From an uncultured bacterium (GTDB lineage: Bacteria; Fidelibacterota; Marinisomatia; Marinisomatales; UBA1611): DNA of 64,000 bases. Shown here piece after piece: positions 29,486-41,000 of this stretch (its first letter is position 1; each line of letters starts with the position of its first letter). The stretch is taken from assembly GCA_943788175.1 (NCBI GenBank), contig CALSPG010000002.1:37317-101316 (forward strand), in the 5' to 3' direction. The position numbers and the translations under genes are program-made. The notes under the pieces are model-generated. The model saw only the letters and a list, made by a program, of their open reading frames with translations, had not been told where the DNA came from and made no database searches.

Positions 29486-30642
29486 ATATTATTATTTTCC
29501 AAAAACTTAACTTTTTGGTCTTGATAATGTTTCTTATTCGGGTCACCCTGAATACATTTATTGATTACCTCTAGAGCGTCCTCAGTTCTTCCAAGTTTCC
29601 AGAGCACTTCTGCTTTCGTATCTAGAATTTGAATATCTTCTCCATATTCTAGTGCAATATTAACTTTCTCTAGAGCTATTGTTAGATTTCTTCCAAGCTC
29701 TGTCATCCTCCAAGCGAACCCATTTAATAAACTAGGAAGATATTTATAATTTTCATCATATAAGTTGACAGCTTTTAAATAAATAGAAGCTTCTAGATCT
29801 GGGTCTTCCCCGCCTTTCTTCACAATTCTCATTATCTGCCAGTAAGACAATTTTTTTCCATTCAATATTATCAGTGATTAATACATAACGATTGAGATCC
29901 TCAATTTTATTATTCACTTTTGCTTTGTATAGCAATCCGTAAAAAGTAGGCAGTTTCAGAAGAATCCCTATTATCTTCTACAAGGTTATCCAGGAGTTTC
30001 AATAGAAACATCAATCGAGCCTATTCGATAATAAAGCTGGCTTATGTTAAAAATACGTTGAAAGCTGAATTCACTTTCCTGCTCATAGTATTGTAAGGCA
30101 TTCCTTAAATGTTTTTCCGCAGAATCTTTTACATTAAGATCGATATATTTTTCAGCTAATGTAAGTTCTAAACTAGGGTCATCCATGTTTGTTAGATATT
30201 TGGATTGCAAAAATGACAATGTATTTGTGCCACTTTTTATCCTCACTAACTCAGACATAAACTCATCAGGTGGCCTATATCCAACGATTCGATCAATTTC
30301 ATTTCCAGATGGATCTAATAATAATATCGTAGGGTATCCTCTTACTCTATAGGTTTCCTTCTGTTCAGGACCAATGCCTTTTTCTGCATCTATCTTTATT
30401 GAGATAAGGTTTTCACTAGCATATTTTATTATTCTTTTATCTGAGTAGGTATCGTTATCCAAACGATCACACCATGTTCACCAATCTGTTTCAAAATCAA
30501 CTAAAATCATTTTTTCAAGATTTTCTGCTATAATGTTGTCTAAAGAATCTTTACTCCAAGGATAAACGTTATTTTTTTCACAACTAAACGAAAAAAGTGA
30601 AAATAATATTAACAATAAAATCTTTAAAATTGATAAGAACAT
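29482..30642 (-). CDS. Exported thioredoxin-like selenoprotein (UxxC) with a TPR-like C-terminus; three +1 frameshifts in 29851-29999
   Basis: ATG at 30642 is in frame through TGA 30480-30478 (codon 55: VDFETDW-U-TW-C-DRLD), then YRVRGYPT (cis-Pro loop). SECIS-like hairpin follows the TGA. C-terminal LNGFAW...ILDTKAEVLWKLG is TPR-like. Confidence 0.8.
30448..30473 (-). promoter_or_regulatory. Putative bacterial SECIS element
   Basis: Minus strand GGT-GTG-ATCGTT-TGGAT-AACGAT-ACC. The apical loop starts 16 nt after the UGA and has G at position 2. Confidence 0.65.
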
Positions 30643-30646
30643 TTTC

Positions 30647-31063
30647 TTATTCTAAGCCTAATCGAGCTAAGTTATCAGAAATCATTTTAGGAACTCTAAC
30701 AGGTTTATTATCTTTATTTACAAATGCGTGAGTAGTGTACCCTTTTACATGAAGTATTGAAGATTTAGCACACAAAATTGAGTAGTCTATATCAAGCTTA
30801 GCCTTTGGAAAAATAGATATACTAGACTTAATCACAAGACCTTGCTCAAAATGTGCACCTTTAAAATATTCACAATGACTACTGATTACAGGAAGCATTA
30901 TTCCAGTATTTTCAATCTTTGTTACACTTAAGCCTATAGATTTTAATAATTCAGTACGTGATTCTTCAAAGTATTCAAGATATCTTGAATGATATACAAT
31001 ACCCATTTTGTCAACATCACGATAATAAACTTTTACTTTATGATCATACGATATCATTTTCAT
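30647..31063 (-). CDS. Acyl-CoA thioesterase (YbgC/FadM family)
   Basis: VYYRDVDKMGIVYHSRYLEYFEESR. Confidence 0.9.
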   Translation of the reverse strand: MKMISYDHKVKVYYRDVDKMGIVYHSRYLEYFEESRTELLKSIGLSVTKIENTGIMLPVISSHCEYFKGAHFEQGLVIKSSISIFPKAKLDIDYSILCAKSSILHVKGYTTHAFVNKDNKPVRVPKMISDNLARLGLE

Positions 31064-32010
31064 TGCTCAAAAAACCCAAGTTTATCATATTTTTCTATCC
31101 TCATATCAAGAAATTGTTTCGGTTCAATCGATTTAAAATCATTTAAAGCATTTAATAATGCTGATTCTAAATTTTTCGCTGATGACTCAGAATCTCTATG
31201 TGCTCCACCATTTGGTTCTAGAATCACCAAATCACAAATACCCAAATCTACCATATCATCAGGCGTTACTTTTAATGCTTCAGCCGCATCCTCAGCTTTA
31301 TTTGCATCACGAAAAAGAATGGAAGCACAACCTTCTGGACTAATTACAGAGTACCAACTATTTTGCATCATTAAAAATTTATCACAAACACCAATGCCCA
31401 ATGCTCCACCACTTGCGCCTTCTCCAATTACTATGGAAATGACTGGAACTTTCAAACTTGACATTTTTATCAAATTATTTGCAATAGCCTCTCCCTGTCC
31501 TCTTTCCTCGGCACCAATACCCGGGAAAGCACCTGGCGTATCCATAAAAGTAATAATTGGTATTTTAAATTTTTCAGCAAGCTTCATTACACGCATAGCT
31601 TTTCTGTAGCCTTCAGGCTTCATCATACCAAAATTTCTATGCAGATTCTCTTTTGTATTACGACCTTTTTGCTGAGCAATAATTGCAACTTTTTTGTTAT
31701 TTATTTTTCCAAATCCTGTTACTACAGCAGGATCATCGGCGAATAACCTATCTCCATGAATCTCAAAAAAATCGGCAAATATTAATTTAATATAATCAAG
31801 AGAATAAGGTCTTTCAGGATGCCTAGCCAGTTGCACTCTTTGCCATCTGCTTAATCCTGAATGGATTTTGTTTATCAACTTGAGTCTTTTTTCATGCAAT
31901 AATGCAATTTCTTTTGCCACATCAGAATTGGGCTTAAGGATTGATTCTTTTAAATGAATTTCTTCATCTAACAATCGAATTGGTTCTTCAAATTCCAAGT
32001 AATATTTCAA
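31060..32010 (-). CDS. accA: Acetyl-CoA carboxylase carboxyltransferase alpha
   Basis: QLARHPERP, DTPGAFPGIGAEERGQ, GEGASGGA. Confidence 0.97.
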   Translation of the reverse strand: MKYYLEFEEPIRLLDEEIHLKESILKPNSDVAKEIALLHEKRLKLINKIHSGLSRWQRVQLARHPERPYSLDYIKLIFADFFEIHGDRLFADDPAVVTGFGKINNKKVAIIAQQKGRNTKENLHRNFGMMKPEGYRKAMRVMKLAEKFKIPIITFMDTPGAFPGIGAEERGQGEAIANNLIKMSSLKVPVISIVIGEGASGGALGIGVCDKFLMMQNSWYSVISPEGCASILFRDANKAEDAAEALKVTPDDMVDLGICDLVILEPNGGAHRDSESSAKNLESALLNALNDFKSIEPKQFLDMRIEKYDKLGFFEQ

Positions 32011-32051
32011 ATTAAGTTATCCTAGATTAAAAAATGTATGATAATGGTTCG

Positions 32052-34103
32052 TTACCCATTTAACAAAGTTTTAATAATTATTTCTACATCTAATTTAAGG
32101 TTTTGATTTTGTATATAATAATGCTGAGCTGATTTTCGTGTTTCAGATTCTAATTTGACATTTTTCAATCTTTCTAGACCTGTGATCCCAGGTTTACATA
32201 AAATTTCTGGCGAATTTTCACTACTATTAATTAATGTAGAACCTACAATGCTTATGTTGCCTTTCAAAACGTCAAAAAGTAGGGGTATGTCTCTAATCAA
32301 TTTATTCTTCGTTTTAAATATCCTTGCATTTATAACAATACCAGCTTCACCCCAAAATTGAATTTTCACTAATCTTCCAAAAAATATATAAGAAAGTATA
32401 ATTGGAAATAAAATGATTAAGAATAGAATAGAAATGATTATATCAAAAATTCTTTTTGAAAGTTTGTGAAGTTTTTGGTAAAAGTTATATTCAATATTTA
32501 TAAAAGAAATGCCTCCGATATCCTCGACGTTCGATTTTCCTAACAAAATATCTTGTTCACTAGGAACCATTCGGTATATCAATCTTAAATCTCTAGTTTC
32601 ATCCATAAAATCTAAAATTTCTTTATTACTAAACGAGGTGGAACTGAAAATAATTTCATTTATTTTATGAGTATAGATAAGCTGACGCGCTTGCATTAGT
32701 TCTCCTAAAAAGGGAATAGGTAAACTGTTACTTTCTTTTGGATAATTTTTATCAATGTAACCAATAAGGTCTAGCCCGCTATCAAAACGATTTAATATGC
32801 TTTCAGCGATTCTTATTCCTTCACTATCTGAACCTAATACTATTGTTTTCCTTGCAAATAATAAAGATTTAGAGTGATTTACACTTCTAAAATATCCTCT
32901 TGAAATTAAATAATGAGTAAATATTCGCCAACCTGGAAGAAATAGTGCTATCATAGTCGAAGCATTTATGATTACCAATCTTGAATAGGCGAATTGATTA
33001 AAAAAGTATGTAAATAAAACAGCCAAAAGAAAACCAACTACTGTCCCAATTAAAGCTCTAGAATAAGAAAGTATGTATCTAGAATATAATTGAAGATATG
33101 AATATACCAAGAGCCATAACGCTACATAAACTATTGGAACTAGACCATGACTATCAAGAATTGGATTGAAATTACTAAATCTAAAATAAACAGCAAGGCT
33201 AAATGAGCCCGATATAATACTGAAATCCATGAACAATGAAAAAAATAATGATTTCTTTTCATTAAATGAAGCTAGAAACTTATTTAATCTGATACCAAAG
33301 GATATTAAAGCCCGAGTGACTAAACTTAGAGTCGAGGAATAGTGTTTATCTACAAAAATGTCCATTGAATCATAAAAAGCTTGCCGACTATCGTATGGAG
33401 CAGTTTTTACAGATTCGCCTTTGTAGTGAACTATTTTTGTTTCAGAAAAATAATGAACCTCAAAATTAGCTTTCCATATTCGCAAACAAATATCGATATC
33501 TTCACCAAACATAAAAAATTGTTCATCAAAACCACCAATTTTTTTAAATACACTAGAAGAAATCATCATGCAAGAACCACTAATTGCATCAACAGTATGA
33601 TTTTTTGAAGGATCTAAATAAGTCAGATTATATTTACCCATCCACTGAGAATTTGGAAAAATTTTATCTAAACCAAGTATTTTTGGTAAAGCAACTTTTA
33701 GTGTCGGGAAAGACCTTTTACAAGATAATTGTAGACTCCCATCTGCATTCAGGATTTTTGGACCAACTACACCTATATTTTTGTTCATGGATATAAATTT
33801 AATCAACTTGGAGATTGTATCTTCTTCAATGATAGTATCTGGATTCAAGACAAAAAGATATTCTCCATTCGCATGTTTGGCGCCCTGATTAACAGCTTTG
33901 CCAAAGCCCACATTTGTACCATTTGATATAACATCAATTGTTTTATATTTTTTTTTTAAATGATCACAAGTACCATCATAAGAATTATTATCAACAACGA
34001 TAATTTCAAAATTATTATAGTCTGATTTTAATATGGAATCAATAGCATGCGAGATATAAGAGCGAACATTATATGATACTATTATTATCGATACTTTTCT
34101 CAC
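32052..34103 (-). CDS. GT2 glycosyltransferase fused to TM, CoA-binding-like and sugar-transferase-like domains
   Basis: IIVSYN, VVDNNS, LNPDT, FFMFGEDID, then TMs and KRIFDII...KPGITG. Confidence 0.85.
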   Translation of the reverse strand: MRKVSIIIVSYNVRSYISHAIDSILKSDYNNFEIIVVDNNSYDGTCDHLKKKYKTIDVISNGTNVGFGKAVNQGAKHANGEYLFVLNPDTIIEEDTISKLIKFISMNKNIGVVGPKILNADGSLQLSCKRSFPTLKVALPKILGLDKIFPNSQWMGKYNLTYLDPSKNHTVDAISGSCMMISSSVFKKIGGFDEQFFMFGEDIDICLRIWKANFEVHYFSETKIVHYKGESVKTAPYDSRQAFYDSMDIFVDKHYSSTLSLVTRALISFGIRLNKFLASFNEKKSLFFSLFMDFSIISGSFSLAVYFRFSNFNPILDSHGLVPIVYVALWLLVYSYLQLYSRYILSYSRALIGTVVGFLLAVLFTYFFNQFAYSRLVIINASTMIALFLPGWRIFTHYLISRGYFRSVNHSKSLLFARKTIVLGSDSEGIRIAESILNRFDSGLDLIGYIDKNYPKESNSLPIPFLGELMQARQLIYTHKINEIIFSSTSFSNKEILDFMDETRDLRLIYRMVPSEQDILLGKSNVEDIGGISFINIEYNFYQKLHKLSKRIFDIIISILFLIILFPIILSYIFFGRLVKIQFWGEAGIVINARIFKTKNKLIRDIPLLFDVLKGNISIVGSTLINSSENSPEILCKPGITGLERLKNVKLESETRKSAQHYYIQNQNLKLDVEIIIKTLLNG

Positions 34104-34104
34104 T

Positions 34105-34821
34105 TCAAGAATGCCATTTAAATATTTTCCAGATTCTTAATCTCCAAACCATGAAAATTGCTTCATAAACAATCGTCTTAGACATTTTTGATTGGCCTAT
34201 TGTCCTATCAGAAAAAATAATAGGTATTTCTTTTATGTTGTAACCTTTCACCCAAGTTCTGAAGTTCATTTCTATTTGGAATGAATATCCTTGAGACTTA
34301 ACAGAGTCAAGTTCAATAGAGGCTAGAACGTTTGATTTCCAGGCTTTGAATCCTCCTGTGCCATCCATTATTGGCATACCAGTAATCACTCTTGAATAAG
34401 CATTTGCACCATAACTTAGCATTAACCTTCGAAGGGGCCAATTGACTACGCTAATACCTTTAATGTAACGACTACCGATAACGAGGTCATAATCTTTGAG
34501 CTTTTTCACCATTAATGGAAGATCCTTAGGATTGTGTGATAAATCAGCATCCATTTGTATGACATAATCATATTTATTTTCTAAAGCCCATTTAAAACCA
34601 AAAATATAAGCGGTTCCTAAACCAGATTTTTTTGATCTAGTTTCAAGAAATAAGTTCAAATATTTTTTTTGGAGTTTTTTTACCTTTTTACCCGTACCAT
34701 CAGGAGAGTTATCATCAACAATTAATAAATGAAATTCAGGATTTTCGCCTAAAACCATATCAACCAAACGTTTAATATTTTTTCTTTCGTTGTATGTAGG
34801 TGAAATAACAAGAGTTTTCAT
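34105..34821 (-). CDS. Polyprenol monophosphomannose synthase (GT2)
   Basis: PTYNE, VDDNSPDGTG, MDADLSH, GYSFQIE. Likely start is Met12. Confidence 0.9.
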   Translation of the reverse strand: MKTLVISPTYNERKNIKRLVDMVLGENPEFHLLIVDDNSPDGTGKKVKKLQKKYLNLFLETRSKKSGLGTAYIFGFKWALENKYDYVIQMDADLSHNPKDLPLMVKKLKDYDLVIGSRYIKGISVVNWPLRRLMLSYGANAYSRVITGMPIMDGTGGFKAWKSNVLASIELDSVKSQGYSFQIEMNFRTWVKGYNIKEIPIIFSDRTIGQSKMSKTIVYEAIFMVWRLRIWKIFKWHS

Positions 34822-35687
34822 GCGTTTATATTCTCCCAAATATATTTTAAACAATCACTAATGTTTGAAGGCTCTAAATTTAAAATACTTTTTGCCCTAT
34901 CCACATTTAAACCGCCCTTTAATGGCCTTGCAGCGATTTGATTGAGCTCAGCGGTTTTAATAGGGTTAATCAAGTTTTTTTTTAATTGAAAAGTCTCTGC
35001 AATTTTAATTGCGAAATCGAATCTACTTAAATAATCATTATCGCCCCAATGAATTAAACCATTTAATTCAAATTCAATAGCTTTGTCTATGGCTACAGCA
35101 ATTGAATTAGTCCATGTTGGATTATTCCATTGATCATCAACGACATTGATCTTTTTATCATCTTCAAGAGATTTAACGACCCAATTTAAAAAACTTGCCG
35201 GAGATTCGCTCATATAGTCAAACAAAACATTCGTTCTAATAATTAAACTATCTTTTGAGTTTTCCTTTAAAAAGTTTTCAGCTTCAAGTTTTGTTCTGCC
35301 GTAAACATTAATTGGGTTCACACTACTATTTTCACTGTATTGTCCAGTTTTTCCATCAAAAACATAATCAGTCGATAATTGAATAATAGGCCCATTAAAT
35401 ATCTCTACTATATTTTGCAATCCTGTAAAGTTTACTGAAAATGCTAAATCCGGTTTCTTTTCACAAAGGTCAACATTGGTTAGGGCAGCTAAGTTAATAA
35501 TTATATCAGGCGATGTAGCCGAAACAATATCTCTAATTAAAATGGGATTTGTAATATCAAGAAAATAATTTTTTTGATAAGTATAATGGTTTTTTGATGT
35601 CGGAATGATATCATACTTAGAGCTAAATAAAGTTTTTAAAGTTTTACCTAATTGACCAGAAGCGCCTGTGATGAGAATTTTTTTCAA
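34818..35687 (-). CDS. rfbD: dTDP-4-dehydrorhamnose reductase family
   Basis: GASGQLG, STDYVFDG, YGRTK, DQWNNPT. Confidence 0.85.
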   Translation of the reverse strand: MKKILITGASGQLGKTLKTLFSSKYDIIPTSKNHYTYQKNYFLDITNPILIRDIVSATSPDIIINLAALTNVDLCEKKPDLAFSVNFTGLQNIVEIFNGPIIQLSTDYVFDGKTGQYSENSSVNPINVYGRTKLEAENFLKENSKDSLIIRTNVLFDYMSESPASFLNWVVKSLEDDKKINVVDDQWNNPTWTNSIAVAIDKAIEFELNGLIHWGDNDYLSRFDFAIKIAETFQLKKNLINPIKTAELNQIAARPLKGGLNVDRAKSILNLEPSNISDCLKYIWENINA

Positions 35688-36751
35688 TCTAATTTAAAAC
35701 TAGTGTTTATTGATTTTGCAATATATTCTAATTGCCTTAAATAAGCTGCCTTAGCTTTCCCTGGGCTATAAACTAGAGTATTAATGTGAAAAGTCCGATT
35801 TGAAGTTTTATCATAAAATATAAAAGATTGAAATGGACCACCTTTCGCTTCCAGTGAATCATTAGAGGCCCATACTCCGGTGCACCGCCATCCTGGAGAC
35901 TTGTTAAAATAAATTTTTTCCAAGGTAAATGCATAATCACTAAATGATATTGTCCCAAAATGGCTTTTTGAAGACTTCCAAAATTTTTGTCCGACTACAA
36001 GTTCATCATTCATCATGTTTCCATTTTCCCAGTTTACCGAAAGCCATCTATATGGATATTCAGCTCCCATCCAGAATACTTTTGAATCTCTATCATTTTT
36101 TAAGATTTCCCAACCCCAAGGCACTTTTATGTCCCAGTTATAATCAGACTTTATTTTTTTTTCCTCTTCATACTGTGTGTCTTTAAACAAAAACTTGTTT
36201 GTTCGGTTATTAAATTGTTGATTGTAATGGTAATGAATAAACTTTTTATTTTTTTCAAATTCTGTGTATAGATGATCTTTATTAATTGCATTGATTACCA
36301 TAAAAACCTGATCTTTTGCATATAAATCTCTCTTTAAATAAAGAGGATTCTCGCTCTCTGAGTTATTAGATTGATATTCTGGCAATAAATCTTCGATTAA
36401 TCGAAATCCAGAATTTGAGTTTTTCCTTTTTACCGATGCAATAATCAGATGTGCATATTTTTTTAAGTCTTGATAACTAGAAGGTCTATAAAAAAATAAT
36501 TTATATACTGGCTCAGGCTTTGGGGTAAATATGGTATCATTAAAAATCGTTTGTAAATATTTTTTAATTATTGGCTCATCTATTTTTGAGCATACAATTC
36601 TGATCTCATCATCCATACCAAGAGAGTGTTTTTTTGAACCACAACCAATTAAAAGAACCAAACCTATGACCGCGTGAATATATTTATATCTAATTATCAT
36701 AATACTTAATTTAATAATGGTAGAACCTGAAACTATAATCTTGTCACCCAT
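35684..36751 (-). CDS. DUF4837-family lipoprotein
   Basis: LIGC lipobox, GGPF and YSPGKAK C-terminal motifs. True start is probably downstream of 36751. Confidence 0.65.
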   Translation of the reverse strand: MGDKIIVSGSTIIKLSIMIIRYKYIHAVIGLVLLIGCGSKKHSLGMDDEIRIVCSKIDEPIIKKYLQTIFNDTIFTPKPEPVYKLFFYRPSSYQDLKKYAHLIIASVKRKNSNSGFRLIEDLLPEYQSNNSESENPLYLKRDLYAKDQVFMVINAINKDHLYTEFEKNKKFIHYHYNQQFNNRTNKFLFKDTQYEEEKKIKSDYNWDIKVPWGWEILKNDRDSKVFWMGAEYPYRWLSVNWENGNMMNDELVVGQKFWKSSKSHFGTISFSDYAFTLEKIYFNKSPGWRCTGVWASNDSLEAKGGPFQSFIFYDKTSNRTFHINTLVYSPGKAKAAYLRQLEYIAKSINTSFKLD

Positions 36752-38097
36752 TTAAGATGAACTTTACCATTCTGCAATGCAGAACCAAATGGTACAGCAT
36801 ATTGTACTTCTACAAGCGCTTTTTTCGATATTTTGTTTAATCCAAAACCAAAACTATATTTTGGATAATAATTTTTTGCGAAACTACAATCTATAAATGT
36901 AATTGCTTTAAATGAGTTATCGAGAGTGTAATGAATTTCTAGCGATTGAATAGATAATGAACTTGATTTAAACTGATTATCGTTAAATCCTCGAAGACTA
37001 TTAACACCACCGAAGCTAATTTGTCTAGATAAACCAATCTCTCCTTGAAACGGTTTTATTAAATCGTTATATGATTTTAAACAAAAGTTTATTTTATGAA
37101 AAAAGTTTGAAAAACCTATAAAATTTAATTTCGTCTTAAGATAAAATTCATTTATAAATTTATCTTCTCCAATATCAAACTCAATATCAAGCTTTTGTCC
37201 TTTTTCTGGCAGTAAAACTCTATTAAAGCTGTTGTGCTCAAATACAAATTTTAAAGCTTTATAATTTGTTGAAAAATAATTTTTTCTTAACCCCTGTTCC
37301 GTACTGGTTATGTCCCCTTGTTGATATCCAACGTAAAGTGAGCCATAATAGTTATTGAAAAATTCTATATTAATTCCAAATTGTGTTTCAGTAAAATAAT
37401 TATTCACTATTTGATAATTATATTCTCCTTTTAAACCTATACCCGTTATCAACAAATGAGGACGATGTAAACTGATTTTAAATGATTGATTTGTTGAATC
37501 TATATTTTTCCACTTAAATGTAATTCTCTCCATTGCACCCCAAAGGTTTTCAAATTGAGAATCTACTGCACCATTTAAATTCCAATCATTACCATATGAC
37601 TTTGAGCCGCCAAAAACACCAGAGAAAAAATTATTAAAATCAGGTACTAAATCAATTAGCATACCTATTTCCCCCTCCGATAAAATACCAATATCAACAA
37701 AAGGTTTTTTTTTGATAAAATAATACTTACTTACCATTTTTTGCTTTTTGCGTTCAATAAAGAATTCAAAATTTTTATCAATTGATAGATTTTTGACATC
37801 ATCTTTAATATGTTTAAGATATTTATGTTTTATTTTTGTTTTACTTTTAATAATTATTGTATCAATATTTTCTTGAACATGTGATAAAGTATATGAAATA
37901 TTTTTAATGTTTTCGTCATATGAAGATAATTGATAATGCATGTTTGAGTACTTATGCTGATCTAATAGAGAGTCTAAGGTTTGATAAATAATTAAACTGT
38001 CAGGATTATTAAACTTCACTTGATTATTTGAAAATACAACTTGAATAAAAAAAATAAATATAAACTTAAGACTATAGATATGCACGAAACTCACCAA
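36733..38097 (-). CDS. BamA/TamA-like outer-membrane beta-barrel protein
   Basis: FENLWG and FGGVNSLRGF motifs. Confidence 0.7.
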   Translation of the reverse strand: MVSFVHIYSLKFIFIFFIQVVFSNNQVKFNNPDSLIIYQTLDSLLDQHKYSNMHYQLSSYDENIKNISYTLSHVQENIDTIIIKSKTKIKHKYLKHIKDDVKNLSIDKNFEFFIERKKQKMVSKYYFIKKKPFVDIGILSEGEIGMLIDLVPDFNNFFSGVFGGSKSYGNDWNLNGAVDSQFENLWGAMERITFKWKNIDSTNQSFKISLHRPHLLITGIGLKGEYNYQIVNNYFTETQFGINIEFFNNYYGSLYVGYQQGDITSTEQGLRKNYFSTNYKALKFVFEHNSFNRVLLPEKGQKLDIEFDIGEDKFINEFYLKTKLNFIGFSNFFHKINFCLKSYNDLIKPFQGEIGLSRQISFGGVNSLRGFNDNQFKSSSLSIQSLEIHYTLDNSFKAITFIDCSFAKNYYPKYSFGFGLNKISKKALVEVQYAVPFGSALQNGKVHLKWVTRL

Positions 38098-41000
38098 TTA
38101 TATTTAACAAATTATTATATCGTTTATTATTTAAATAATTAAAGGAAAATGATAAGGATATATCTTGTTTTAGAAAATAATTTAACCTGATACTTGCTGA
38201 GGTATTTTTTCCTAAGGTTTGTCCATTTAATGCTTCAGGGGGTAAATATGTAAAATCTGATTTTTTTTCATTTAAGTTAATACCAACATTTGTTAAAACA
38301 CTCCCAGATTCCCACAGATATAAACGACCATTATATTCAAAACCTAAACCATATGCTTTAAAATCATTTAAGTACACAACACCCTGATCTAAACCATATT
38401 GAAAAGATATTTTATTTTCTACTTTAAAATTATTAAGTGAATATGAAAATTTGTGCCATATGCCTTCAAATTCCCTATTTTTTATATCAGAAATACTCGT
38501 TTGAATTTTTTTTCTGTGATAATAGCTATCAACGATAAAACTTGAATAATTAGTAACATTGAAATATCCATAAATACCTGACTTATTCGTTGATAATAGT
38601 TCATTCCCTCGGGTATCATAACCCTGAAAATCTTTAGATAAAATATTGTACCCTCTTATTCTTCTATTATTATTTTTCAAATCCAATTCAATTTCAATCA
38701 TATTATTGAAATATGATTTGGAGATATTTTGATTATACGGGTTAGGGTTTAAAATATTTTTTAAGTTTATTATTGAACCACTGTAGTTAAAATTTGTGTT
38801 CAAATTAATTTTTAAAGGTGCTCCATTTTCAAATTTTTTAAAATTTAAAGTAAGTATTTGAAACCCTTTAATGTTTTTGGTAACAGTTCTATTACCGGTA
38901 GATATGAGATATGAGATAAATGATCCATTTGGGTCTTGAATGTAAGTATTGAAAACTTTATCATATCTATAATTACCTAAACCAACACCTACTGAATCAT
39001 AGACAAGAGAATATGTATTATTTTGTGTTTGCTCAGTTGAAGTTTTTAACTCGTATTTAATAGGCTGATTAGATTTGAAATAATTAAGATTAATAGAGCC
39101 TAATAAATAATTTAATTTTGTATTATTTACATCTTTTAAACGTTTTTTTAAGACTATAGAATTTCTCCACCCGTTTTTATTTTGATTAATGTATTTTAAT
39201 GATGAAACAATATCATTACTACTTAAAAAAGTTTTATCATCTTGTAGACCGCTATCAAAGGTATCTTTTTTGTTTTCCAAACTTATATTTAGGATTTTTT
39301 TATTTTTTTGATATTTTAATCCAGCAACTAAGGCTTCGTAATCTCTAAAATATGTTTTTTTTTCCGATCGATAAATTAAATATGGATTTAAATAACCTAT
39401 ATTGTATTTTAAAGAAATATTCGAAGTCTCATTTTTTTCTTTACTATTTATAATTTCTTTATATTTAAAGCCACTATCTTTAAAGGCACCATGAATGATT
39501 GTGTGAGATAAACTCAGTCTGTTTTTAGTAGCCTCTCCAATATCAAGGCTAGAAACTTGTATATCTGAACTACTATAATCTTTTATATCTATATATATAT
39601 CAAAAGATTTTTTATTTTCTTCAAAATTTTCAAGACTATCAATGTCCCACTCTCTTTTAAATTGAACATCTCTATCTAAGCTAAATGACGTGTATTTTTT
39701 TTGTCGTACTAAAGTAGTGTAAGATAAACCATAACTTAAATTTCCTAGCTCTAATGAGTCTATCGAGGCATCAAGCTCAAAAAGGTTTCCAGATAAAATA
39801 TTATCACTGCTTGATAAAATATTTTTATCATTTGATGATTTTGAAATAACTGATTTTATAGAAAAATTATTACCAAAATCATAATTGATTTTTGAAAAAT
39901 AAAGATTCTTTGATTTTGGTGCTGATATTAATTGATTTGGACTAAAGTAATCTTTCAAAAGCTCTTTTTGTTCAGGATGAACGAACCTGTAATATATTCT
40001 ACCTGATGAGTTTATAAGTCTCTCATAAGTACCATTTTCATTATTAGTAAAGACTACGTTATACCTTGAAAAATCATTTACCAAAAAAAGGGGGTCAAAT
40101 ATAAAAACTCCATTATCTAAATAGTATGAACCTAAAGAATCTTCAATAGCACCAGAAATAACAACAGCATTCCCCCCTTCATTTAAGGTATTTTGATAAA
40201 TTTCACTATTCATTGATAAGTCATTTGTATTATCTTTTTCTCGGTGAAATCCAGCTACCACATTTAAATTTTTTGACAGGTTTGCCTTATAAGAACCGGC
40301 CACTATGCCTTTGGTATAATTGTCATCAACAAATTCATATTCTACTAAAATATCTGAATCAACAGTTATTAACTGTTTCGCCGTAAATGTTATTTCGGCT
40401 AATGAATAATCAATAACGTAATCATAATTTGCTCCTCTTTCCATATTTTGACCATCTAACCAGACTTTCTCTGATCCTGCAATAATGTATATATTTTTAC
40501 TATTTGTAGATGACAATAGCTCATAGGGGCCTTGAGCACCATCAATTCCATTAATATCTACTTTTATATATTGACCTCTAGTAGATGAGACTAAAGCATT
40601 CGTATTAAATTTATCAAATTTGACCTGAGCGTTAAGTCCAATTACATTACGCTCTAGATTTATTAATGCATCTACCTTATTGCTGTACAAAATGTCACCA
40701 GCATTTAAAGAAAAATAGGGATTACTCATTGATATATACACTTGGTCAAAATCTTCAAGATTTCTAGTGTCGCCTTGAGGTTGAATTACCATATTTCTAT
40801 CACTAAGAATTGCTCCAAGTAAAATACCATTATCAAGTTTTCCACTTAGACTTAAATTTAGACCTCCCGTTAAATCAGATGTTCCATTTGAAGAAAAATT
40901 AATTTTTCTGTCAATTGAACCAGAAGTAAAAAGATTATCATTAAAACTATTTCTATAAAAGTCTTTTTTGTTTTTTTTATTTAAATCTAAAGAATCTAAA

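Noticed and set aside
30478-30480. TGA reassigned to Trp or Gly genome-wide
   Set aside because: TGA terminates normal genes here (pxpB, pxpA, accA, trkA). Only this TGA sits at a catalytic Cys position.
30989-31609. 206-aa plus-strand ORF and other short antisense ORFs in the track
   Set aside because: They are shadows of well-supported opposite-strand genes (for example accA) and have no recognisable motifs.
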